NCBI RefSeq assembly: GCF_009834535.1 | Contig: NC_045712.1 | Span: forward strand, 37,324,001-37,388,000 | Length of the DNA: 64,000 nucleotides | Direction: 5' to 3' | From: Camelus ferus | Lineage: Eukaryota | Shown: positions 12,601 to 25,529 of the stretch, piece after piece | Layout of the letters: the number at the start of each line of letters is the position of its first letter | How positions within the stretch are numbered: position 1 is the first letter of the stretch | Program-made: the position numbers and the translations under genes | The notes under the pieces: generated by a model | What the model saw: the letters and a program-made list of their open reading frames with translations, nothing else | Told to the model about the DNA's origin: nothing | Database searches by the model: none

Positions 12601-12955
12601 GCTCAGGGGAGTCTGGAGTTTCCAGGTTCTTGAGGACATCCAACCAGATGGGCCCAACTCGTGTCTCAGAGACCCATTCTTTCCCAATCAGAGCTCTGAC
12701 TTGAGTAAGAGACTTTCCAAGTGTGTGAATTTGGTTCTCTTTATAACCATACCTAATCCAGTCTTGGACCTGATTCCCAGGACCTTCTATTCTCTGCATG
12801 TCTTCTGTAAGTGAAGTGCATAGACTTTAAGGTATCTTGGTAGCTCCAGGATCTTTTCAGACTGCTTTGTAAAGAGAAAGTTAACCTCCCAGGTTATCAG
12901 CTTTGTTTCAGATAGTTGCAGTTTCCAGGTAAACAATTCTGGGTAAATAAGATAC
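9645..12955 (-). mobile_element. Decayed ERVL internal region (RNase H, RT, protease, gag)
   Basis: The reverse of 10690-10830 gives QYTFTVLPQ...NSPA (ERVL RT). The reverse of 12170-12340 resembles ERVL gag (W.LR...G....KLD..EFIDMG). Many stops and frameshifts. Confidence 0.8.
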
Positions 12956-12956
12956 C

Positions 12957-13330
12957 ATGCCTTTTATTTACTTCTCTTCCCCTACTGCGCTAGCTAGGAC
13001 CTCTAGTACAATGTTGAATAGGAGTAGTACTAGAGGGCATCCTTGCCTTATTCCCAATCTCAGAGGGAAACTAAATATTTTACCAATATTTATGATATTC
13101 TGTATCAGATTAAAGAAGTTCTTTTTAAAAAAAAGTTCTTTTCTATCCCTCGTTTGCTAAGAACTTTTATAAAAATTATAAATGGGTGTTGAGTTTTGTC
13201 AAATACTTTTTCTGCTTCATTTGAGATGATATAATTTTTCTCATTTTCTCTGTCAATGTTATGAATTGCAACACTTCATTTTCTAATGTTGAACTGTCCT
13301 TAGAGCCTTGAAACATACTGCACTTGGCCA
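12957..13330 (-). mobile_element. LINE-1 ORF2 fragment (antisense)
   Basis: gctaggacctctagtacaatgttgaataggagt...gggcatccttgccttattccc is the reverse L1 RT region. Confidence 0.8.
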
Positions 13331-13334
13331 TCAT

Positions 13335-14170
13335 GGTACCTGCTATGGGCGCCCTGGCACGTAGGCCACACGGGCAAGGGCTGGACCACAGCTAATCTGA
13401 GTCTTGGCAGAACACCTTCCTATTCTCCCAGAAGACGTGGGGATGGGAGGCTGGTGAGGAGCTGCTCCGAGGCCATCTCCCCCTCCTCCACCACGCCCCC
13501 TGGGAACAGGGCTCTGATGACTCTGAGGAGCTCAGGGTAGACCTGCAGAACGTCACACTGCTTAGCTTTAGTCTAGACTTGCCTTCTCAGCAATGTAGCA
13601 CCCCACAACTTGCGTTGTAGTCACCCTGCCCTTTTCATTTTGGTGCCATCCTTTTTGGATGTGGGCAAAGGGCCTGAAGAGCTGGCACCTTTGCCTTCTT
13701 TACTCTTGTCCTCCCATTGTCTATGTAAGTGATAAACCACCTGAATCTAAAAGTGGCTCATTGTTTCACTACCAAGACTTAGCCCAGCCTCGGCCCTTCC
13801 TTGGCTGCTGCTGTGTACATGATAATCCCCTTCAGGAACAAAGGACTATGGCCCAGCTACTGCAAATGTCTATGGCAGTCACTCCTCCACTACCCCTTTT
13901 TGGACTGCCCAGCTAAAGAGAGACACCTCGCCCAGTTTTAAGCTCCCCTTACAGGTGACTGCATCCAACAGTCGATGGAGAAGTATCAATCCCCAGCGTG
14001 GGATTGCCTCAGTGTGTCTCATCTTGAGAACGCCCCACAGGGTCAAGAGCCATTCTACTGGGCCAACCCAGGCCTGCTTCCTTCCCTTCCCTTCCCAAGT
14101 GCACTCCCTAACTGATGTCCTGCACACCAGCACACCTCAGTCTGCTTCCCAGGGACTCAGCCTCAACAGT
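13335..14170 (+). mobile_element. LTR-derived sequence; 13790-14170 resembles an LTR16/LTR33-type ERVL LTR in + orientation, upstream part of unresolved family
   Basis: Ends ...cacctcagtctgcttcccagggactcagcctcaaca, similar to the ERVL LTR terminus. Confidence 0.5.
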
Positions 14171-14734
14171 CTTGCTGAGCTGTCCTATTATATCTTGCTG
14201 GTTCCTATTACTTGATACGTTATTGAGGGTTTTTGCATTAATATTTATGTTAGAGATCAGGCTGGAATTTTCCTTTCTTGTAAAACAGCTGTTGTTTGAA
14301 AGCCACCGACAGTCTTTCTGAATCAATAACTGATTAATATTCAACTAAATCTTTGAATACTTTAACCAGTGTTTACTCCACTTTATATGTAAAGTCAATT
14401 ATCTGTGGTCAGAAACAAGACCATCTTAAAGGAAAGAACAGATAGATAGTGAGAAGCATGAGTGGGGGAGATGGGAGTAATGAACAACCACCAGTACCCC
14501 CAGGACAGCTGCCCTGTTAACCAGGAAAGGTCTTCTTGCATGACTGAGGCCACTGATCTGTGTCCCAGAGCTTCACACGGAAGGTGAGAAGCTGTTGCTG
14601 CGTGGCCTAAAATGTGGATTCTGTTAACAGTGCCGTTCTGCATGTGCCTCTGTGGTCAGGCTCCCAGTAGTCAGAGCCTCCTGCTTTCTGTCACTTTGGT
14701 TTTATATTTTCTGCTTCCTTGTACTGTATATTCT

Positions 14735-15119
14735 TTTATTTTTATATTGAAGTATGGTTGACCTATAATATTATACTGGTTTCAGGTATAGAGCATAGTG
14801 ATTCTGTATTTTTGCAGATTATACTCCATTATAAGTTATTACAATATAATGGTTATAGTTCTCTGTGTTATACAATATATCCTTGTTGTTTATCAATTTT
14901 ATACATAGTAGTTTGTATCTGTTAATCCCATAACCCTAGTTGGTTCCTCCCTGTTCCCATTCCCTCTCATTCTGGTAACCATAAGTTTGTTTTCTATCTG
15001 TGAGTCTGTTTCTGGTCTCTAAATAAGTTCACTTGTATTACGTTTTTAGATTCCAAATGTAAGTGATACGTGATATTTGTCTTTCTCTGACTGACTTACT
15101 TCACTTAGTATGATAACCT
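14735..15119 (-). mobile_element. LINE-1 3' end (antisense), younger artiodactyl-type, running into an N gap
   Basis: ttatattgaagtatggttgacctataatattatactggtttcaggtatagagcatagtgattc ... ggtaaccataagtttgttttctatctgtgag. Confidence 0.85.
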
Positions 15120-15699
15120 NNNNNNNNNNNNNNNNNNNNNNNNNNNNNNNNNNNNNNNNNNNNNNNNNNNNNNNNNNNNNNNNNNNNNNNNNNNNNNNNN
15201 NNNNNNNNNNNNNNNNNNNNNNNNNNNNNNNNNNNNNNNNNNNNNNNNNNNNNNNNNNNNNNNNNNNNNNNNNNNNNNNNNNNNNNNNNNNNNNNNNNNN
15301 NNNNNNNNNNNNNNNNNNNNNNNNNNNNNNNNNNNNNNNNNNNNNNNNNNNNNNNNNNGATTCATCTGTGTTATTGTATGTTGAAACTGTTCATTCTCCT
15401 TCAGTGAAGCATCCATGATTTATGTATCCATTCTACTTTTGCCAAACATTTGGGGCTATTCCAGTTCTGGGCTAGTACAGAGATGTTGTCATAACTTCCG
15501 GTGGAGAGGTGTACATTTAGGAATGCCATTGCCGAATTACAGCATATACGAATGGTCAACATCAGTGAATACTGCCCCAAAGTTTTCCAGTTTGACAGTT
15601 TACACTCCTACTAGCAGTGCAGGAGAGTTTGAGTCCAGATATAGTGTGAAGGTAAAACAAATAGGATATCAGCTCAGACTGGAAGTGGGGTATTAGAGA

Positions 15700-16910
15700 A
15701 CGGAATCAAGAGTGACTCCAAAGGTTTTGGCCTGAGCAGCTGATCGGTTGGTTGGGAGCAACAGAGGTGAGGAGCAGGTCTTGGGAGGTGAAGATCAGGA
15801 ATTCTGTTTTAGACAAGCTGGAGATGCCACCCCTCCCAGACCACCAAATGTGGAGTTATAAGTGTATAGGTGGCTTTTAAACCTCAAAAGAGGAAGATAC
15901 ACCAGAGAGGTGAGTGTAGGTGAGAAGCTCTGGGGCACTCCAGTATCACGAATTCACGAAAAGAGGAGGAATCAGCAGAGGAGGGGGAGGAGCAGCAGCC
16001 AGGGAGCTGGGAAGGGTCGGGGGAACAGGAGAGAGTGCTGTCCTGAAAGCAGGCTGGGGAAGGCGCCCCAGGAGGAAGGAGGACCTCCTGGGTCAGACAC
16101 AGCTGAGAGGGCAAAGGAGGGAGGCCTGAGAACTGACTGCACAGTTCAGCCATGTGGGGTGTCATCGGTGCCCTTGGCAGAGTTCGTTAGTGGTGGGTCT
16201 GGTGCAGGTGACTGTAAGAGGTAATGGGAGGAGAGAGACTTGGAGACAGAGTAAGTCTGGATGACTCGATGAGTTTTGCTATAAAATAGGGTAATAGGGC
16301 AGAAGCCAGAAGGAAAAGTGGGGATCAAGCAAAGGGATTTTTTTTCTTGAGATGGAGAAGCAGCAGCATGTTTCCTTGTCTTCCTCCCCAGCAGAGTGTA
16401 GTTCCCAGAGGTCTGGGATCTGGTTGTCTTGCTTACTGCCTTATCCCCAGGACCTAGAACAGGGCCCAGCATGTAGGGGCATCAGAAATTATCTCTTAAA
16501 TAAACTGATGAATCAGACCTGATAAATAAGAAACTCATACTATATGCCAAAGGGTGATGAGGGGCAAAGAGATAGAAGGAAGCAGGAAAGAGGATATAAA
16601 ATGTGGGGTTTGTAGCTGACATTTTAGAGAAGGTTATGACTAAGGCCTCCTGAGAAGGAGATTTTTGAGCAAAGATCTGAGGAAGTAAGGAAATTGGAGT
16701 ATTGAAGACGGCAGAGAAGGTGCTGTGCCTGGAGTAGCAGGAAGAAGGGAGAGCAGTAGGAGAGAAGGGCAGAGAAGCAGTGAGGGCCTGGCCCTGCAGA
16801 GCCTCGGAGGTCACTGCAAGGACTTGGTCTTTTGTGCTGAGGGAGCTGGGGAAGCCACCTGAGGGTCTTAGCAGAGGACTGACCTGATTTGGTTCATATT
16901 TGATAAAACT
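15700..16910 (-). mobile_element. LINE-2 relics
   Basis: agtgactccaaaggttttggcctgagcagctg..., aaggacttggtcttttgtgctgagggagctggggaagccacctgagggtcttagcagagg; purine-rich L2 reverse motifs. Confidence 0.7.
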
Positions 16911-17039
16911 CAACATCCATACTCAATGGTGATATGTGGAATGCTCATCCTTTGATCTGAGGAGCACAGTAAAGCCCCCGGCTCTCCCCACCTCTACTCA
17001 AACCAAACCAAAGCGCAAGTCCAGGAGGGAAAAAAACCT

Positions 17040-17990
17040 GTCATTATCCATAGACAACATGATTGTGAACATAAGAAAACCACAACAATCTGCAGGTAAA
17101 TTATTCAAATAAAAAGAGAATTTGACACTGCTGGAGACAAACAGTCACTCCTGAAGATAAAAGTTTTATTCCTCCAGGAAGATACAACAATTTAAAAAGT
17201 TTGATTGCCTAACAGCTTCTAATTCTATAAGGTAAAATTTGATGCAGTTAAAAGGAGAAATAAATCCACAATGATAGTGGAAGACATTAACTACCCTTCT
17301 CTCAGTGAGTGACAGAACAAGCAGATTAAAAAATCAGTGAGAATATGAAGCAAGGAACCATACAAAAGCTGATTTGGCCTAATCGGCCAATAAAGCACTG
17401 CCCTCAAACTGCTGCATCCACCTTCTTTTAAACCCCATACAGAATATTTGTGCAGATTGGCCTCACGACACCTCGTGTGGCAGGTCTCCACAAAGTTCAA
17501 CAGACTGAATCACAAAAAGTGTGTTCCACTGAAAATTCCCATGTGCTATAACCATACAATTGACCATCCACAGCAATGAGAATACACAAGTGATGGCCAC
17601 ACACAACATGGATGTGTCCCACAGGCAGGACAGTAAACAGCAGAAGTAAAACACAAAAAGACAGACATCACGATTCCATTTCCATAAAGTTCACAGCCAG
17701 GCAAAACCAAGCTACATTTTTTAGGGTATACGGATAGATAGTAAAATCATAAAAGCTAAGAAACAGTCACCATACAAGTTAGGATCGTGGTGGTCTCTGG
17801 GCAGGGAGGCGCGTTGGAGAGCTGGGGAGGGTGGAGGCGGACCGTTCTCTCGAGTGCTGGACATACTTTATTTCTTCACCCGGGTGGTGGCTACATGGAC
17901 ACTAATGTTATTATTACTTGCTACACTACACACATGTGTATGAACTTTCCTACGGGTATGCTATATGGTCCTAATTTTAAAAGTACAAAA
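17040..17990 (+). mobile_element. Old LINE-1 (L1ME-like) fragments
   Basis: Endonuclease-region motifs (atagtggaagacattaactacccttctctcagt) and 3'-end motifs (atgattccatttccataaagttca..gcaaaac; tttcttcacccgggtggtggctacatgg). Confidence 0.7.
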
Positions 17991-18574
17991 TAAATGAGAA
18001 GGAAACATGGCAGACCATGATAAAATGTAATTCTGGGTAGGTTGTTTGTTGGGAAATGGAAACCAGAAGGTCAGAAGTATGGGAAGCATGTCACTCCGTG
18101 TGCCACAGCTGGGAATCCATGCAGCAAAACCCCTCCCCCAGGGCTCGTGAGCGCCTTTCAGGCAACGTGGCACCTTGGCAAGCAGGAAAAAGGTTTCGGG
18201 CTCCTCGTGTTCAGGAGGAGAAATTTTTTGTTGCATAGACAACAAAATTATCTTTAAGATCTTTTTTCCTGTTGATTCCGAATGTATTTTAAAGAAGAGA
18301 TTTAAAAGGCGAGGGAAACGCCAGTGGTAGAGGACTACTCACAAGGGGCACTGGGGACCGTGGGAAGTGGGAGATGGAGGGGCCTTTCCGGGAGATCTAT
18401 AGCCCTTGATAAGATGAATGCAGAGAGGTGCTGAGAAGGCTTCTTCCTCTCCTGGGGAAAGGCAGCCTGCGCCAGCGGCCAGGTGGCTTCTCACAGGGAA
18501 CATTCAGGAGACTCCTGGACAGGTACAGGGTTCACTGGGACCTGCATCTGGGTGTTAAAGCTGCACAGAGGATC

Positions 18575-18745
18575 TGATGCACAGCCAGGCTGAAGAGCCC
18601 AGCGTGCTCCTGAGATTCTAACGTCCCCGCGGATCCCCCGGGGGTCCTGTTAAATGTTAAGTTCTGACTCAGGAGGCCTGGGGAGGGTCCCGAGAGTCTG
18701 CATGTCTCACAGGCTCCCCAGTGGTGCCCATTCTGGGCCAGAGAG
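18575..18745. mobile_element. MER5A-like hAT-Charlie DNA transposon relic
   Basis: gttaaatgttaagttctgactcaggaggcctggggagggtcccgagagtctgcatgtctcacaggctcccc. Confidence 0.7.
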
Positions 18746-20399
18746 CACATTCTGCATATCGACAGGTGAAAGAAATCCAATAGAATTTGAACTATTGAGC
18801 TTGTGAAACGGAGCATGTGTGTTTTCTGGCAGAGTGAGATTCACAGGCCCTCTCCGGTTATGGAATGAGAGAACAGGCACAAAACAGCCCAGCAGGACAC
18901 AGTGAAGCTCCTGGGGGGTCACTAATTGAGACAGCATGGCCCCAGGCAGACTCGGACCCTGGAAAATATTTTCACAGGGCTCCATCTGTTTTTCTCCGCC
19001 AGATTATGCCTTCTAGTTCATCGTGATGGCTTGTTCCCAGCAAAAATATTTGAGGTGAAGACATAAGTGTAGCCAACAGCAACACAAAGTGCGGAAGGTT
19101 CATCTCTGCTCTCTGGTTGATGTTTTCATAGCGTTTGGCTGAGCCTGTCCGAGGCCGGTGATCAGCTGAGTGGTCGTGGTGAGAAGCCACAGTGTTTTCC
19201 AAATAAGCTTGTTTCTGCATCTGCTCTCCCTGACCTGAAACATTGTTTGTTCCGTTCCAGCCTTTCTAAAGAGTACCCACTTGGTGGTGTTTACCCAAGT
19301 GAGTTACTTCAGACAAGTAAGGATCAATTTCCAGAAAATCCTTTCAGGTTACTCTGTTGAAACCATTGTCACTTTGGAAGTGGGCATGTGGACAAAAGGA
19401 CACAGTATATTAAATGTATTTTCTTTATCTTCACTCTGAGTCTCACAAAGCCCTAAGTTTTTACCCCTAAGTATTGGTAAAGTAGACAAATTCAAACACT
19501 TAGGATTTCCCTGTCACTTTAGGTTCAGCCTTCTTTGCTTTCAAGCCTTAGAATTCTCATTTTTTCCTCTCATTTTTAAAGCTGCCATTAAAGTCATCTG
19601 TATCCCACTAATTTTTTCATATCTCACAGCAGAAGCAGGGCCAGAAACAGAGCCACACCCTGCAGCTGCCACCCAGGCCCCAGTTCTCTGCAACCACTAG
19701 CCTTCAGTTCTAGCCAGCAATTCCTTACCATCTAGGGGCTCGCTGCCTCAGATGAGCGAGATAGTCTAAATTGCTTGAAACTATGCAGTAGAGAAAGTCA
19801 GTATTGTCTCCCATTTTGAGTTTACATGTATAATATAAACTCAGGTTGTATACTCATTTTTTTCCCCAAAGTCCATCGATAACAAACACAATTAATTGCC
19901 TAAGTGCATATACACTGCTATAATATATATCATATATACCATATAAAGTCTAAATTGAACACATTCTCTGCAAGTTATAGGGAGGAAGAAACAGTGTTAA
20001 ATGACCCCAATGAAACAATCAGGCAAATCCTGAATATAGAACATTCTGCAATTTAAGCCAATTAGCTTGGTCTCTTCAGAAAGTCAATGTCATGAAAATA
20101 AAAAGGAGGAAACAGTCCTAAAAGCAGCTCTGTTCTTAACAACCAAATGCAATATCTGAACCCTGATTAGATCCTGGAGAGCTTATAAAAAGCGTTTAGG
20201 GACAGCTCCCTGAAATTTTCACTTTTCATACCTTCCCAGAGTCTGAAGTTTCTCACTTCTGTGGAACATTTGAATTCTTACCACTCTTCTAAATTATATG
20301 CTATTCTACTTGATCAGGACTTAAGTTCTACCTTTTTATTTTTTCAAAATCCAAATTAAAGAATCCTCTGCAGTGGGACCTTTGTCATGGGTTAAGGGC

Positions 20400-21790
20400 T
20401 CACCGTGATCTGGGACCTCATCATGATGCATCTTGAGATACATTTCTTTTTTTTTTTTTTTTTTCAAATCTGAGTAAGATTCATTTGGCTGCAAGAATCC
20501 ATAGTGGAAAATGCTGAGCATTTTGTACTTGAAATATGGCTCTTTCTCAGTTTCTCTCTCTTCTCTTTCGAGAATTCTAGGTAAGCATATGCTGCTTTAT
20601 TGCCCTCCAGATCTTGTCTATATACCTTAATTTCTTTTCCTATTTTTCACCTCTTTATCTCTGTGTGCAATGTTGCTGAAACTTTCTTCTAACATATCTT
20701 TGAATTCATCAAATCTCTCCTCAACTGTATCTAATCCACTATAAAACCCATCCATTGGGTTTCTAATTTCAGTTATTGCATTTTTCATTTCTAGATATTC
20801 CATTTGGCTCTTATTCTAATAATCTGTATCCTTTTTCATTCCCTGTTCTTTACTTTTTATTTTCTGCTGTGTTTATAGTGATGGAGAGAGGAGTGCAGAA
20901 ATCTCCATCATGATGGCAGAGGTGTCAGTTTCTCCTTGTAGTCCTGTCACCTTTTGCTTCTTGGTTTTTGAAGCTAATTCATTATATTCGACTTTGAAAA
21001 TGTTATATATTTCTAGTGATAGATGCTCTTTCTATCACTAATAACACTTTCTGGCAGAAAGTCTATTTTGTCTGATATAATACAGCTCTCCTTAGCTTTC
21101 TTTTGGATAACATTTTCCTGCTGTATCCTTGTCATCATTTTACTGTTAAGTCATTCTGTGATCTTATGTTTGGTTTGTTTCTGGTAAATGGCATGTAACT
21201 GTATGTACGAATTTTTTCACTTGGGTCTTATAGTCTCTGTCTTTCCCCTGGTCCATTTAATCCATTTATGTTTACTGTAATTACCGATACATTTGGACTT
21301 ATTTCCCCTATCTTAATTTACTTACTTACAGTGACTTTTGACTTACTTACCTTGTGGCTACAGTCATATAGGGAATACAAGAAGGTGCCCCCCTCCCCCA
21401 AAATCAACTACAGCTGCATACACCAACTTGGATGAAACTTTTAAAAAGAAACACATAATATGAGGCCAAAAAAAAGTCAGATACCAAAGAATAGCTGCTA
21501 TAGTTTTTCACATTACAAAGTTCAAACAAAGATAAAGCTAAAGGAAAGTGTTTAGGGATTCATGTTTCAGTGATAAAATCATACTCCCTAAGAAATGAAA
21601 GGAAGGGACCATTAGCACAGGGGTTACTTCCACAGGGAGAAGGTTGGAATTTTAGGCAGGATAGACAGGTTGAGGGACTTCTGGGGTGCTAGCAATCCCT
21701 TTCTTGACCTAATTTTTTTGAGCTGCAGAATTTTTTGTGTGCAATTTTCTTTATGTATATTATATTAACTATGAAAAAACAAAAAAGGAA
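20400..21790. mobile_element. Mixed old LINE-1 fragments (about 20400-21320 antisense; about 21360-21790 sense 3' end)
   Basis: T-rich reverse L1 motifs (tctattttgtctgatataatacagct..ctttcttttg) followed by sense L1ME-like 3' motifs. Confidence 0.65.
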
Positions 21791-22377
21791 GATAGTCAAT
21801 ATGTATCTCTCTTTCTACTCATTAACATCATTTTCCAAATTTCTCCATTCACTAACAATATTTGTATCTTTCAGTTAAGTCATTGAGTCTTTACTTAAAA
21901 ATGATTATATACTAGCATGAGTCTGGGTATGAGGACACAGAGGAAGTTGGAGGCACACATAGTCCTGGTGTTGGAGGGAGGGCTCAGTGAGGAAGAGGGG
22001 ACCTTCCTCTCCGCCTCCATTGTAACAGAAGGAAAAAAGAAAGGCTGGCTCATGCATCCACATACACTTGACAGACTGGAGTCATTAGAGTTTAGGTCTG
22101 AGTGCCACATTACTCCTTAATACGAGGTGAGGAAGTAAATGGTGTGATGAGGGATGGAGGCAAAGAATTCAGGCCACACATTTGGATAAAAGTTATTGGT
22201 AAGCAGATCTAGAAGGTTTTGAAAGATGCTCTTAGTGGAACTTGANNNNNNNNNNNNNNNNNNNNNNNNNNNNNNNNNNNNNNNNNNNNNNNNNNNNNNN
22301 NNNNNNNNNNNNNNNNNNNNNNNNNNNNNNNNNNNNNNNNNNNNNNNNNNNNNNNNNNNNNNNNNNNNNNNNNNNNN

Positions 22378-23192
22378 ATCAACAATGCCAGGTCAAACAG
22401 GATGGCTGGTGGGAGAGATGCCAGAGGCCCCGAAGGGAGTGGGAGCCCACACTCAGGGCAGCTGCAGGGAGAGAGAACTTCAGGGGGTGCCCAGCTGGAG
22501 GGAGTGCCCTTCTACTGTTTGAGGAGCCATGGGTAGGATCCCTATTCGGGATGACTGTCCCTTTGTGGTTGCCAAAATTGTTACCAAACTGAACTTGGGT
22601 CCACTCCCCTGCTGCACAGTAAAGCCACTCTACTGACACTAGGTTGTGTTGAAGGAAAGTATAGCATTTATTTGCAGGGCACCAAGCAAGGAGAACAGGC
22701 AGCTCCTGCTCAAAAGACCCTGACTCTCCAATGACTTCCAGGGAAGAGTTTCTAAAGGCGACATTTGGGGTGAGGGCTGCAGGGTGCATGAGTTTCTTTT
22801 GACTGGTTGGTAGTGAGGTAACCAGGTGGTGTTTCAGGAATCTTAATCATCAACATTCTTGTTCCAATCAGTCTGGGGTCTGTGTGCTTGAGGTCAGCAT
22901 GTAGTCACCAGCTTCTGGTGACCTGGGCAGCGGTCTTAGTTTCTGCTTAAAAACTCAAAGATACGCCTCAGATTGTTATGTATATCCCTTAAGGAGGAAC
23001 TAGGCCTCTGTTTTATCACTGAACTATTTGCTTTCCTTTGTTTCTGCATTCTCTCACTTCTCTAATTAGTGAGTCTTCTTTGGAATTCAGGGAAGGCCTA
23101 GAAGACTAAAGCTTTCTCCTACAAATAAGAAATGGGGGACATGGAGGGGCTTTTGTACCTGGGAAGGCCCCACAGGGTCCCAGTCAGTTCCA
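22378..23192 (-). mobile_element. ERV1-class 5' LTR (22579-23192) with tRNA-Arg-type PBS (22557-22574) and leader, truncated at an N gap
   Basis: The minus strand begins TGGAACTGACTGGGACCCTGTGGGG, has AATAAA (plus-strand tttatt 22667-22672) and ends ...GGTAACA. ATTT and then TGGCAACCACAAAGGGAC follow, close to the ERV9-type Arg PBS TGGCGACCACGAAGGGAC. Confidence 0.8.
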
Positions 23193-23769
23193 CTGTCTCC
23201 TCAGCATCAGACATACACAGAAGCACGTGCGTACATGCATGCACACACTGATGCACACACTAATANNNNNNNNNNNNNNNNNNNNNNNNNNNNNNNNNNN
23301 NNNNNNNNNNNNNNNNNNNNNNNNNNNNNNNNNNNNNNNNNNNNNNNNNNNNNNNNNNNNNNNNNNNNNNNNNNNNNNNNNNNNNNNNNNNNNNNNNNNN
23401 GGGGCTCCCCCAAGCTCCTCTTCATCACTTGAGCTGGGTCAGCCCCACTAGGAGCTTTAGCATTTCCTCTGTAGAATCTCCTCCGATGGCTTCCACTTCT
23501 GTTTTCACTGTGTGTTTGTCTGTGCTCCCCCTGGGAGGGTTAGCAGGTGCCTTGGACAGCAGGGAAGGGAGGACCATCAGCCATGTGCAGAGGTTTTATG
23601 TCAAGTCCCCGAGCTGGCTCCTGGCATGCAGTAGTAGGTGGGTAATAAAGCCTGGAATGTCTGAAGAAACCTTTTGCAGCATGGACGTCCCAGAGTCTTT
23701 GATGCTGTGGAAAAACACGGATGAATTTATACTGAAGGGCTCAGAATCTGCAGCAGGATTCTCATTTAT

Positions 23770-24270
23770 CAACTAATTTTATTGAGACTCAGCCGTGTGC
23801 CTGACACTAGGTAGAAGAGGATGAGTAAGATGTGATACCAGCCACAGCCCAGAGGGGACACACATCTTGCACTTTTCCTGACGAGGCTGCACTGAAGGTG
23901 TTAGAAACCAGTTATGCAGTCAGGCTTGAGGGCAGCGGAGAGGGAGTGATAGATTATGGCTGGGGATGGAGGTGCTGGGGCTTCTTAAAAAGACTAATAT
24001 TCCATCTGGGTCCAGAAGAATGGACAGGCTTTTCCTGGGTCAAGAAAGGGAGACAGTGTTCCTGGTGAGGGAATTTCCCAGAAGTATAAAAATGCACAGC
24101 ATTTTGCAGAGGTGAAAAGTCTAGCTTCTCATGGAACCTAGGTGAGCAAGGGTCAAATTCCTCAGGGCCCAATTAAAAAAAAAAAAATTCCTAGAGCCTT
24201 ACAGACCAGGCTAAGGAGTTTGGACTTTATCTTGTGGGGAACTGGGAGCCAGTGATGGGGATTAAGTAAC
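23770..24270 (-). mobile_element. LINE-2 relic
   Basis: ttttattgagactcagccgtgtgcctgacactagg and gctaaggagtttggactttatcttgtggggaactgggagcca are L2 reverse motifs. Confidence 0.65.
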
Positions 24271-24681
24271 AGCCAGTAACAGCGGGCTCACTAGGGTGAG
24301 CACGTTCTCAAAAGCTTCTTGGCCAGAACTGGTGAGGTAAGAAACTGGCATCTCACCTAGCATGAGGCTGGTACCCACACCCACACAACTGAGTCAGGAC
24401 CGTCCCCACTTTCTCCACCCTGTTCCCCCAAATCAGATAACTCAGACAGGCTGGCCTTCTATCCTTCGGGGAGTGTGTCCCGAGTGACATGTGACATAAT
24501 GAGACCGGACAGGCCGGTCCACAGGGAGATTCCTTCCACGCTGGCAGTGGAGGCCTCAAGGACGATTGGGTGGGGCTGAGCTAAGCCAAACACCTGCTGC
24601 CCTTGGGCACCTGACTGCTGGGAGCACAGCTCGCCCCACTTGCCACACAGAAGCTGCTTCCCCAGCCCCAGTTCCCCTTAG

Positions 24682-25060
24682 AGCGCTGGGCTAGCTCCTA
24701 CAGGCTGGCGAGTGCCACCTGGTCCATTTTCAGGACTTTGGTGAGCTGATTGCTAAACACAGCTGTTATTACAAATTAAATTCTATGAACTAACAAGTGA
24801 TTTAAAATAGAGGTAGTAAATAAAACCCACCACTTCCTAAGTGTTTTCTACACTATTAGCTATGTTCTTGAGGTTACCAACATCATTGCATATGGATGGT
24901 GGACATTTACTGGAATGAACTACTGTACATCTCTCCCCAACTCCGTGTTCAGTGACCCTACGTAGTGGGAATATTTACACTGCAGAAATTGGTAAATGCT
25001 ACATACCAGAGCTCTTTCTGCAGAGAGCCGATTGTATAGCATCAGCCAGCCCACCACCAC
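24682..25060 (+). mobile_element. MER63-like hAT-Blackjack DNA transposon relic
   Basis: catctctccccaactccgtgttcagtgac..., tatttacactgcagaaattggtaaatgctaca..., gagagccgattgt match the recalled MER63 consensus. Confidence 0.7.
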
Positions 25061-25529
25061 TAACGTCTGCCCCCTGCTTTGCTGGCTCCCTGTGGAAGTG
25101 CACCCACCCTTTCCAGACCTGTTCTGTCCACTTCCAGCAGCCACCACAGCACAATGGGTCTTGTCAGGTTAGTGTCTTGTCAGATGGGGTTTAGGAAGGT
25201 GTGGGGACCTTACCAGGACCCCTGAGGATTTACTTAGTCTTGTTATGGGGATGTCTCCTTGGGCAACCAGGGTCTCATACAGTGGACAGGCTCCCAGGGA
25301 GGGGATGGCCTGATCCCTGGGGTAGGCAATTGAAGAGGGGCCTTGCCTATGTCAAACGGACAAACTCCAAGCAGCCTCCTGTTCCAGGTAATAGGCTGGA
25401 CATCTCTCCAAGGCGCCCAGTTCCTGAATGCCACCACATAGCCAGGTACCCTCTAGGGAAGACTCATTTATGGAAACAAGAACATGCCAGTGTAAAGCTG
25501 GAGCCAGCAACATGCCTTCTTACTATTCA

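Noticed and set aside
6420-12955. Domesticated ERVL-derived coding gene
   Set aside because: Gag and pol motifs are broken by many stops, frameshifts and an L1 insertion; no long ORF remains.
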